Below are positions 28,173 through 36,938 of a stretch of 64,000 bases of DNA, in pieces. Origin of the DNA: Thermoproteota archaeon (lineage in GTDB: Archaea > Thermoproteota > Thermoprotei_A > Sulfolobales > Desulfurococcaceae); assembly GCA_030550615.1 (NCBI GenBank), contig JAUQPA010000002.1:2074-66073 (forward strand). The letters are read 5' to 3'. The stretch's first letter is position 1. The number at the start of each line of letters is the position of its first letter. A model generated the notes under the pieces. The model was given only the letters and a program-made list of their open reading frames with translations, had not been told where the DNA came from and made no database searches. A program made the translations under genes and the position numbers.

Positions 28173-28691
28173 GTGGACGATAGATTGTTGCCTAAGGATA
28201 CTAAAAATAGAAGAATCCTCATACCGCCTGATGTAACGCCTGATCACGTGCTAGGTCTCGCAGAAATACTATTTAGTCTAGGGGGTAGAATAGACCCAAT
28301 GTACATAGGTGATGCTATAGGTGAAGATGTAAGAATACTTCCTCATGCAATAGACTTAGCTGAAATTCTTGGAATAATAGAGCTTAGTGGTGGAAACGTA
28401 GTGTTAACCGATTTTGGTGTGAGAATAGTCAAAGGAAACAGCAAGGTTGTGAAGAAATTACTGAGAGAAAACATGTTGAGATTAGAACCTCTAGCAGAAA
28501 TCGTTATGAGATTAAAGAAAAAAGGATCTATGCCAGTTGAGGAATACGCAGAGATCATCAGAAGAAACTATTCAGCTAATGATCGCGAGAAAGCATTTAA
28601 AAATATATTGATTTGGGGGGCTTTCCTCAAGATCTTTAGAATGAGCGAAGATGATAAGCTTGTTTTACCAATAGACTTGAGTGACATATAG
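28173..28691 (+). CDS. Stand-alone AAA-associated (ABC ATPase C-terminal-like) domain protein
   Basis: VLGLAEILFSLGGRIDPMYIGDAIGEDVRILPHAIDLAEILGIIELSGGNVVLTDFG...LEPLAEIV...ILIWGAFLKIF follows the pattern of the domain usually fused to NitT/TauT ABC ATPases. Divergent from the ABC operon. Confidence 0.55.
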   Translation: MDDRLLPKDTKNRRILIPPDVTPDHVLGLAEILFSLGGRIDPMYIGDAIGEDVRILPHAIDLAEILGIIELSGGNVVLTDFGVRIVKGNSKVVKKLLRENMLRLEPLAEIVMRLKKKGSMPVEEYAEIIRRNYSANDREKAFKNILIWGAFLKIFRMSEDDKLVLPIDLSDI

Positions 28692-29026
28692 ATTAATCAT
28701 TTATTTAACGAAAGAACGTGCCCCCAGCATTGTGCATTTCACAGTATTCCAGAACTCTAGTTGCAATGTTCACAATGATCTCCAACTACATCCCCGGAAT
28801 TTTAATAATTTTAAAACTTAATCCCTGTAGAAGAGAAAAGCGTATCGAAACACTTGATCTTCGCTCTACAACCTACACTCTGTTAAAACATATGGATAGA
28901 TGACAACTAAACAATAAAAGCTCAATAAGAAAACTCCAAGCAAAAATATTGAGACTAGGAGAACTAGAAAATTAATACCCATGTACCAATAACATGTATA
29001 GGGAAAGTTGGAGATAATAGAAATCG

Positions 29027-29731
29027 GTGTTGAAAATTAAGGTCATAGGACACCGCGGCGCTCCCATGATTTACCCGGAGAACACGATTTCATCCATTAT
29101 AAAAGCCATTGAATTAAAAGTTGATGGTGTAGAAGTTGATGTTAGATCAACCTGGGATAACGTTCTCGTGTTATTTCATGATGAAAAACTAGATAGATTA
29201 ATTGGGGTTTCAAAGTATCTCAGCGAAGTAACATATGATTACTTATCTAAGTTAAGATTACGTGGAGAGAGGATCCCTAAATTAGATGAGTTATTGCCAT
29301 TAGTTAAACATCATTCCAACATAATGTTCTTCATTGAGATCAAGGAGCCTGGAATAATTTTCAACGTATTGAAGATGTTCGAGGATAACGGCATCAAGGA
29401 TAACGTTGCAATAATATCCTTTTACCATAATGTATTAAAAACCCCGAAAAGCTACGGGTTCAAAGTCGGAGCTATTTTCGCGTGTAGACCACTAAGTTTA
29501 TTAAAGTACTTTAATGAGCTGAAACCGGATTATGTGATTCCACGACAAGATATGATTGATGGTGACCTAGTCGAAGAAGCCCATAGTATGGGAGCGGAGG
29601 TTGTAGCATGGGTTGTAAATGATGAGAAAACACTTCTTAAAATGAAAGAGCTTAAAGTGGATTGGATTGCAACTGATTACCCAGATAGAATCACGCGCTT
29701 AGTTCATACAAATACACACAATGAAAAATGA
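29027..29731 (+). CDS. Glycerophosphodiester phosphodiesterase family protein
   Basis: VIGHRGAPMIYPENT, GVEVDVR, FHD and IEIK motifs of the GDPD fold. Confidence 0.8.
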   Translation: MLKIKVIGHRGAPMIYPENTISSIIKAIELKVDGVEVDVRSTWDNVLVLFHDEKLDRLIGVSKYLSEVTYDYLSKLRLRGERIPKLDELLPLVKHHSNIMFFIEIKEPGIIFNVLKMFEDNGIKDNVAIISFYHNVLKTPKSYGFKVGAIFACRPLSLLKYFNELKPDYVIPRQDMIDGDLVEEAHSMGAEVVAWVVNDEKTLLKMKELKVDWIATDYPDRITRLVHTNTHNEK

Positions 29732-29747
29732 TCAGAATTCCATGAAA

Positions 29748-31112
29748 CTAGATTCCAGCTACTTTCACATCTTTAATCCATATTGATGGAGTAACAGTAT
29801 TTCCGACTATTTCAATGTCGCTTCCAATTTCAATAAGCTCGTTCGATAACATGTCATATATATTACCACCAATCACAACCCCTTTAACAGCTCTAGTTAC
29901 CGAGTCTCTTTCTACTAATAAACCATGAGTAACTGTTGCTTTAACACTCCCTGTAACAGGGTCGCTCATCCATTGACCAATAATCTCATATACGATGAGA
30001 CCTCTTCTCACATCATGCACGAACTCATCAATAGATCCTCTGCCAGGCGATATAACGATGTTAGTAAAACCTGGCAGAGGCTGCGAAGCTGGGTGTGATC
30101 TTAAACCGTTCCCCGTAGGTTCAACGTTCATTCTTTTCGCAGTATAGTAGCTATGCAGTAGTGTTTTTAAGATACCCTTATCAACAACATGCTTAGTTCT
30201 CGTGGGAACTCCTTCGTCATCAAACGACCGTGAACCAGTAGCTGAATCAACGGTTGGGTCATCTATTAACACCAGTTTCTCGTTGAAAACCTTTTCTCCA
30301 AGCTTATTTTTCAAAGGACTTCTATTCTCCAGAATATTTAATGCGGAAAAAGCCGGTGCTAAACTACTTGTTATTATCTCCCCTGTAGTAATAGGATCGA
30401 AAATTACGTCGTAAACTCCTGACTCTATGGGAGAGGAATTCAGGAAGAGTAATGCTTTTTCACCTTCTTCAAACGCTTTTTCCAATAGGAGTTTTTCATC
30501 CAACTTGCTTCTTTCATAAACAAATGATTTATCAGCTTGAAGCCCATTTTTCTCGACATACAATCCAAGCCATATTTGAACGATGCTACGTAGTCCGCTT
30601 CTCATTATTCCATTAGAATTCAGGATCGATATTTCAGCTTCTAAAACAGTAAATGACCCCTCCGCGATGCTCACTTTACTTGCTCCCTTTAATAAAGCTG
30701 GTTCCTTGAACTTGTCCATAGTGTTTCTAAGTATCTCAACGTATTCTTCTTCGTTCATATTAGCGATTTTATCATCATAAGAAGAGCTTTGAACAACTAT
30801 TTCAGTATTCAAAGGAAACCCAACCCAGTAAGGATCCTCCGGGGATGCCTTTACAATGGATACTAGTTTTTTCACAATGGAATCAATATCAACTTGTATA
30901 GTGTTAATTCTCATGCTACCGGTTTTTTTGTTAACAGCGCCTCTCAAACCAATATCTTCATCCTCTCTGTAAACTACATCGATAATTTTATCGTTTGAAA
31001 CTTTGAATTGTCTAATAGTACTTCTAACTGCATATACTTCCACTTCACTTAATCCAGCGCCTACGGCTTTCTGAATTAGTTTTTCGTATACTTCGCGCAT
31101 CTCAACCACCAA
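29748..31112 (-). CDS. PmbA/TldE-family protein (TldD partner)
   Basis: 454 aa with TldD/PmbA-fold length and pattern but no HExxxH. Adjacent to and overlapping tldD. The real start may be MREVYEK. Confidence 0.8.
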   Translation of the reverse strand: MVVEMREVYEKLIQKAVGAGLSEVEVYAVRSTIRQFKVSNDKIIDVVYREDEDIGLRGAVNKKTGSMRINTIQVDIDSIVKKLVSIVKASPEDPYWVGFPLNTEIVVQSSSYDDKIANMNEEEYVEILRNTMDKFKEPALLKGASKVSIAEGSFTVLEAEISILNSNGIMRSGLRSIVQIWLGLYVEKNGLQADKSFVYERSKLDEKLLLEKAFEEGEKALLFLNSSPIESGVYDVIFDPITTGEIITSSLAPAFSALNILENRSPLKNKLGEKVFNEKLVLIDDPTVDSATGSRSFDDEGVPTRTKHVVDKGILKTLLHSYYTAKRMNVEPTGNGLRSHPASQPLPGFTNIVISPGRGSIDEFVHDVRRGLIVYEIIGQWMSDPVTGSVKATVTHGLLVERDSVTRAVKGVVIGGNIYDMLSNELIEIGSDIEIVGNTVTPSIWIKDVKVAGI

Positions 31113-32490
31113 TAGTGAATCCTCTAACTCTCACGTGGGGTCCTCCATCACCTACTCTAACCATTTGACCGTCCTTGCCACATCCACCGAAAACACTAGT
31201 TCTCACGATCAAATCTCTACCCACAGCATCAACTTTTTGCAGTGTCTCAAGAATCAATCCAGATAACATCACGCCTTTAATTAATCTAGTTACCTCGCCA
31301 TCTTCAATAATATAACTAGGACCACTAGTAAATGTAAACGCGCCGGTTAACGGATTTACTTGTCCACCTAGTGCACCTCTACCCCTAATATAGAGTCCTC
31401 TCCTGAGATCCTTCATCATTTCATCCACTTTCCAATCACCTGGCTCCATATACGTGTTTGTTTGCCTAACCAGTAGCGGATGCCTATAACTCATGACTCT
31501 AGCATTGCCCGTTGGTTCGCCTCCAAGTACTTTAGCGGTTACAAGACTATGAAGAAATCCGTTCAACACACCGTTTTTCACAGTATATGTTTTTTTCTTA
31601 GGAGTACCTTCATCATCGTAAGGCAAGAATATACCTCCTGTAATTAATCCATCATCAACTATGGAAACAAGATCGCTTGCAACTTTTTCGCCGATTCTTC
31701 CACCCAAAATACTACCACCTGCCAAAACAATATCTCCTTCAGAAGCGTGACCAAATGCTTCGTGAAGCATTAACCCAACTATGTCATTATCTAAAATAAC
31801 ATCATATCTACCTGGCTTCGCGTGGGGGGCTTTTGCTGTTTCAGAGACTAATTTACATCTACCCTTGATCCAGTCTTCCCAGTTGACTAATTTGATGAAC
31901 TCCCACCCAGCTACCTTCGACTCGTGATCATAAAATGTTTCATAATGTCCTTCCACGTGGGCTACTAGCCTAGCTGATATACCAATTAATCTATTAGTGA
32001 ACTCGACGTGATCGCCATTACTCGATAAATATATGCGGTGATCACGCTCGTATCCGAACCTTAAGGTAACACTTGAAATCTCTTTTATCTCTCTTGAAGT
32101 CTGGTACATTGTTCTCAATAGATCAATTTTATCAGATATATCTACGTTTTCAGCTTCAACTGAGTAATTGGAGAATAATTTATCCTTAGAGCGTGGTCTT
32201 CTATAATAATCTACCTTAACTGAATGATCGATAACGGTTCTTGCAAGTTTGTATGCTCTTAAAGCAGCTTGTCTAACAGATTCTTCTCCAAGAGAATTTG
32301 TGGACGAATAACCAACTACTCCATTTACTAGTACTCTGACACCAACCCCTTGAAATCGATTAATAATCGATTCCCTCAATACTCCATTATCTAAAATCAA
32401 CGTTTCTCCATAGTAATCCTGGATCCTAACGTCAACGAATTCAACATTTAATTCATCACGTAGTTTCAAAACAAGATTCTCATCAATCAA
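31102..32490 (-). CDS. tldD: TldD-family metalloprotease
   Basis: HEAFGHASEGD metal-binding motif. 462 aa, paired with the PmbA-like gene. Confidence 0.85.
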   Translation of the reverse strand: MIDENLVLKLRDELNVEFVDVRIQDYYGETLILDNGVLRESIINRFQGVGVRVLVNGVVGYSSTNSLGEESVRQAALRAYKLARTVIDHSVKVDYYRRPRSKDKLFSNYSVEAENVDISDKIDLLRTMYQTSREIKEISSVTLRFGYERDHRIYLSSNGDHVEFTNRLIGISARLVAHVEGHYETFYDHESKVAGWEFIKLVNWEDWIKGRCKLVSETAKAPHAKPGRYDVILDNDIVGLMLHEAFGHASEGDIVLAGGSILGGRIGEKVASDLVSIVDDGLITGGIFLPYDDEGTPKKKTYTVKNGVLNGFLHSLVTAKVLGGEPTGNARVMSYRHPLLVRQTNTYMEPGDWKVDEMMKDLRRGLYIRGRGALGGQVNPLTGAFTFTSGPSYIIEDGEVTRLIKGVMLSGLILETLQKVDAVGRDLIVRTSVFGGCGKDGQMVRVGDGGPHVRVRGFTIGG

Positions 32491-32711
32491 GAGACCACCT
32501 TGTTTTTCTATCTAGGTAATGAAGTTAGGAACTTATATTTAGATTGCTAATTCATGTGCGAAAAGTAAATGATGCATATATTATCTAAATCTTTTTAGCT
32601 ATCATAAGATCAATTAATTGAAATCGAGTTATTTTCGATAAAACCAATTAGATTTAAATAATAACCTTAGATGAATAGAATTTTTTCTCTAACCACCAAC
32701 TATTCGGTAAA

Positions 32712-34151
32712 TTAAGGTGTTAAGTAATTAATCGATATACCGAGCACATATGGTACAATGTATACTGAAAACACTAAAGATACTAGTAAAGATACAAATA
32801 TGAGTATTATACCAGCTTTAGCCATTTCATAGTTTTTAAAGTATCCATATGAATAAGCAATAGCGTTTGGAGGAGTGTTAGCTGGAAGCAGAAATGCAAA
32901 AGTTGAAGCTATTCCAGCTGATATTGCTGCCACTGCTGGATGTATGTTTAATCCTTTAGCAACCGCTATAGCAACTGGAACGGAGAACGATGCTGTAGCT
33001 GTAATACTACAGAAGGCAACAATAGATAAACTACTAATTAAACCTATGCCTAGGATCATTACAATTGGGGGATATCCGGATAAATACCTGGATACAATAC
33101 TCGATATAGTGTTCGCAAGACCGGATTCTATTAAGCCGCCTCCCAACGCTAACCCACCACCAAATAAGAAAAGTATTCCCCAATCAACGCCTTTCGATAT
33201 ATCATTCCAGGTTAAAACCCCTATTCGAGGTAACGCAACAACTATGATCATCATTATAGATACCACATATGTCCAATCAGGAATAAATCTTGATGAAATC
33301 GGGTCACTGATCCAAAGAACCGCGGCAATCAAGAAGAATAAGAAAGCCTTAAGCCTCTCGCCTTTTAAACCACCAATCTTAGACAGCTCTGCTTCAATGA
33401 TCCTCCTAGTTTCGCTTATGTTCTTGGTTTCAGGTTTGTAAATAATTACTAGAATAAACCATGCTAGCAAAGTAAGAATTAATGCTAATGGAACACCCCA
33501 CATCATCCACGTTGCAAACCCTATTCTAATACCTGAAGACTTCTCCACGTAACTTATAGTGATCGGGTTAGGCGGAGTACCAACAGGTGTGCCGAGACCA
33601 CCTGTGCTCGCCGCATATGCAACACCTATCATCATTGCTTTTCCCAGATTGCTTTTACCCTTCTCGGCTCCAAATAACGTCAATATTCCTACTGCTATTG
33701 GAGCCATTATTGCTGCTGCAGCAGTGTTAGGTATCCACATTGAAATAAAAGCTGTGGATAGCATTATGCCTAACATTACTCTCTCTACGCTCTCTCCCGT
33801 AAATCCCAGGATTTTTAAACTTATGTACCTGTCTACACCGTGTTTTGATAAAACAACCGAGAGAACTTCCCCAGCTAACATCAACGCGATCACTTTATCC
33901 GCGACATATGAATAGGCTTTTGAAAAATTCAGTACTCCAAATACTATTAGCAACAGCATGATCATTAGACCGGTTATTGGCATTGGTACACATTCGGTAG
34001 CCCAGTAGACAACGGCCAGAATAATTATGCCAATCATTTTCATAGATTTATCATTTAATCCCGGCAGTGGAGGAGCAAACGCCACTGATATTGCTACCAC
34101 AAGTGTGAGTATAGCAATTATTATTTTTTTAAAGTTCTCGTCATGTTTCAT
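32712..34151 (-). CDS. DASS/SLC13-family anion (di/tricarboxylate or sulfate):Na+ symporter
   Basis: Many TM helices and two hairpin motifs, GTPVGTPPNPI and LLPANTPPNAIAY. I prefer the ATG at 34151 (MKHDENF), which follows a GGTGG, over the 30-aa-longer track start at 34241. Confidence 0.75.
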   Translation of the reverse strand: MKHDENFKKIIIAILTLVVAISVAFAPPLPGLNDKSMKMIGIIILAVVYWATECVPMPITGLMIMLLLIVFGVLNFSKAYSYVADKVIALMLAGEVLSVVLSKHGVDRYISLKILGFTGESVERVMLGIMLSTAFISMWIPNTAAAAIMAPIAVGILTLFGAEKGKSNLGKAMMIGVAYAASTGGLGTPVGTPPNPITISYVEKSSGIRIGFATWMMWGVPLALILTLLAWFILVIIYKPETKNISETRRIIEAELSKIGGLKGERLKAFLFFLIAAVLWISDPISSRFIPDWTYVVSIMMIIVVALPRIGVLTWNDISKGVDWGILFLFGGGLALGGGLIESGLANTISSIVSRYLSGYPPIVMILGIGLISSLSIVAFCSITATASFSVPVAIAVAKGLNIHPAVAAISAGIASTFAFLLPANTPPNAIAYSYGYFKNYEMAKAGIILIFVSLLVSLVFSVYIVPYVLGISINYLTP

Positions 34152-34300
34152 TATACCACCCCTAAAATCGATGTACTTATTTTTCAATATCATCCACTTA
34201 CAATTGATTAAATCGTGTAGCAGATGGAAATAAATATGCAAAGGAATTTAAAGTTTTATGTTCTTGAGTAAACAAATATGTTTCAATAAGGTGGTTTATA

Positions 34301-35080
34301 GTGATAGTTAGTTCTAAACTCATTGATGTAGCGCTAGAAGGCAACGAGCTTCTAATCAAAGCATATAAATTAGTAGAATCAGATCCCGAGATCCAAGCAT
34401 TATGGTATATGGCTAATATTATGGCCGTCACGAGATTAAAGTACAATGATCATGGGCCTATGCATGCAAAAATAGCAGCGGGAACCGCTTTGTATTTGTA
34501 CAAACTCCTGAGATCTGCCGGCGTTGAATCAACCATAGTAAAGGATGGCGTAATAGATAAAGATGAATACGCATGGCTTGTACCGCTGCTTGGTGGATTA
34601 CTGCACGACATAGGTAACAGTATACATAGAGATGCTCATGAAAAAACAGGAGCTTTACTCGCTAAACCCATCTTGGACAGAATACTGAGAAAGATAATTA
34701 AAGATAAATATACTAGGATCAAAATTAGACAAGAAATAATGCACGCAATACACTGCACTAGTTATGATGTTGACTGCTTAACAATTGAAGCTGGATGTGT
34801 AAAAGTTGGTGATGGACTAGACATGGCTGAAGGTAGAGCGCGTATTCCATACAAGCTCGGAGGAGTCACGATACACAGCGTATCCGCTCTAAGCATAAGT
34901 AGAGTGGAAATACAACCATCTGATAAAAGACCAATAAGAATCAATATATATATGAATGAAAAAGCGGGATTGTTCCAGGTAGATCACGTTTTAATGCCTA
35001 AACTCAGAACAACACCATTACAGAACTACATTGAAGTATATGCAATAATTGATAATATGTATTTGAAATCTTACCCGTAG
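34301..35080 (+). CDS. HD-domain phosphohydrolase
   Basis: HGPMHA...LLHDIGNSIHRDAHE (H...HD...D signature). 259 aa. Confidence 0.75.
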   Translation: MIVSSKLIDVALEGNELLIKAYKLVESDPEIQALWYMANIMAVTRLKYNDHGPMHAKIAAGTALYLYKLLRSAGVESTIVKDGVIDKDEYAWLVPLLGGLLHDIGNSIHRDAHEKTGALLAKPILDRILRKIIKDKYTRIKIRQEIMHAIHCTSYDVDCLTIEAGCVKVGDGLDMAEGRARIPYKLGGVTIHSVSALSISRVEIQPSDKRPIRINIYMNEKAGLFQVDHVLMPKLRTTPLQNYIEVYAIIDNMYLKSYP

Positions 35081-35093
35081 TATTCGCAGAAGA

Positions 35094-35873
35094 TTAAATC
35101 ATGAAGCCCGGTACTCCATTTGGTTTATAAGCTACCTTAGGAATTAACTTGTTTCTTCTGAGTAAATCTTTGACGTGAGGATATAGTATAACATACTCCT
35201 CATCTATACACTCGGTTAACGCAGGATGTATTTTCATAAGTTTCTTTTTGAACTCTATATACGATTCACTCGAACTAAAACTAAGCATGACAGCTGGGTA
35301 GAAGTCCCTACAAGGTTTTCCACCAGCAATAATGAGGTTTTCTAATGCTCTGAATTGATACTCATAGAACTCCGCACTTGCTCCTGTAAGATACTCGAAT
35401 TCCTGTGAAGTGCAGCCCTTGAAACTTACTCTTATTACTAATTTACTATAATTAACTAAGTTTTCTGCGTAATTGAAGTTTTTACCAATAAGTAATCCAT
35501 TTGTCTCCAGTATAAAGGTATATTTGGATTCCTCAACTAGATCTAGTATTTCATATAAATGTTCTATTCCTATGGTTGGTTCTCCGCCGCTCAGTCTTAA
35601 ATACTCATATTTTCCTTTTTCCGCTATTGATTCAAGTTTATTGAATGCAGAAATGGGTGTTTCAAACCATCCTTTATTACCATAGAAACTATACCTCCAA
35701 CTCCAGCAGAATTTACATCTTAAATTACATCCCACAACGTCTCCTGTAGCTATTCCACCGTACCATCTTCCTCCCCGAAACCTATAGTATCTTCTCTCTA
35801 ATACTCCATTTCTCAATCTAGTTACTTGTTTCTCGGCAATAGTCGTTAACTTGAAAGGATCCAAACCAGGCAT
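35094..35873 (-). CDS. Small radical SAM protein, function unknown
   Basis: GCNLRCKFCW (CxxxCxxC) and LSGGEPT SAM-binding motif. 259 aa. Lies 21 nt downstream of the 35895-36803 ORF on the same strand. Confidence 0.8.
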   Translation of the reverse strand: MPGLDPFKLTTIAEKQVTRLRNGVLERRYYRFRGGRWYGGIATGDVVGCNLRCKFCWSWRYSFYGNKGWFETPISAFNKLESIAEKGKYEYLRLSGGEPTIGIEHLYEILDLVEESKYTFILETNGLLIGKNFNYAENLVNYSKLVIRVSFKGCTSQEFEYLTGASAEFYEYQFRALENLIIAGGKPCRDFYPAVMLSFSSSESYIEFKKKLMKIHPALTECIDEEYVILYPHVKDLLRRNKLIPKVAYKPNGVPGFMI

Positions 35874-35894
35874 AATTATCTATCCTTGAGTTTA

Positions 35895-36803
35895 CTATAT
35901 AACACCAAGCTTATTATCTATAGAGCCAATGTTCATAGAGCGTGCATGTATTAAAAGATCTTCTATCTTATCTAAATATATCGAAGGATCCTTAACGAGG
36001 ATTTTTTCTACTTCACTTCTTTTCTTTAATCTTAACCTATCATAAATGTAAACTAGTGACTGTAGTACTCCGTTGTAAACACCGTGCTTTTTCAATGCGT
36101 ATTTATATATGCAGTCTCGCGGGCAAACCTCACAGTTCAACTTTAGTTTTATGCACGTGTTTTTAACTGGTTGCTTTAATCTTGATCTTAAATAATTTGC
36201 ATAGTGTCTATCAATCGGCGCATAATTCGTTAAGCCATAGGAATGTAACATCAATGCTGTAACGCTTTTCACACTTACACCTCTAATAGATAGTAAATCG
36301 ATGATTAATTCTTCTGGTCTATTTAAGTTATTAAAAACTTTATCAATAGATTCTTTAACCTCATTAAACTCCCTTGCTATGTAAGATGATGAATCTACGT
36401 AGCCATCAGTAATAGCTTGCCTCGTCCACTTAATTGTGTTAACATAGTAATCAGTATTTCTAGATAAGTAAATTGCGTAGAAAACATATTTTGCATCTTC
36501 ATCGCCGTTTACTAACGTAATATTGCTAGAAACACATTTTTCCATGTTGATGATTCGACATATATCTGCGAAAAAACTTGATTTATTAAGACCCAGAAGC
36601 TTAACCACATTATTTCTGCTTACATGGCTAGGAATATTGCATTCCGTTAGTAATTCGTACTCTTTGAACATGCATTTTAATCCCTTTGCAACTCCAAAAA
36701 CTTTTTCAAATATAAATCCCTGGCTAGTTTCAACTATATTAAATAATGGTAGATAATACGAATACAGTAAAGTCAAGCCGTAATGTATATATTTTATTTT
36801 CAA
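35895..36803 (-). CDS. Hypothetical protein with HhH-GPD-like (EndoIII-like) segment and a Cys4 cluster
   Basis: LLSIRGVSVKSVTALMLHSYGLTNYAPIDRHYANYL (HhH with Lys, then Asp) followed by CIKLKLNCEVCPRDC. The N-terminal ~170 aa are unrecognisable. Very AT-rich coding. The functional call is tentative. Confidence 0.45.
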   Translation of the reverse strand: MKIKYIHYGLTLLYSYYLPLFNIVETSQGFIFEKVFGVAKGLKCMFKEYELLTECNIPSHVSRNNVVKLLGLNKSSFFADICRIINMEKCVSSNITLVNGDEDAKYVFYAIYLSRNTDYYVNTIKWTRQAITDGYVDSSSYIAREFNEVKESIDKVFNNLNRPEELIIDLLSIRGVSVKSVTALMLHSYGLTNYAPIDRHYANYLRSRLKQPVKNTCIKLKLNCEVCPRDCIYKYALKKHGVYNGVLQSLVYIYDRLRLKKRSEVEKILVKDPSIYLDKIEDLLIHARSMNIGSIDNKLGVI

Positions 36804-36938
36804 TTCTATATACCTATTTAGATTGTTCAGAAATCAGTATATATTTTCAATAATTCTTCCAAAATAGTTATCTATGGAAATCTTGGTTTAAATACTATAT
36901 TTTTAAACTCAACGAAATGTAACCATTTACGTGGGAAT

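Noticed and set aside
28718-28903. 61-aa GTG-initiated ORF in the 335-nt intergenic gap
   Set aside because: There is no ribosome-binding or promoter context. Its composition is odd (Cys/Arg/Thr-rich) with no motif. I treat the region as non-coding and have listed it as a finding.
34152-34241. 30-aa N-terminal extension of the DASS transporter ORF (MHIYFHLLHDLINCKWMILKNKYIDFRGGI)
   Set aside because: The internal ATG at 34151 is preceded by GGTGG and starts just before the first TM helix. The extension has no signal or TM character.
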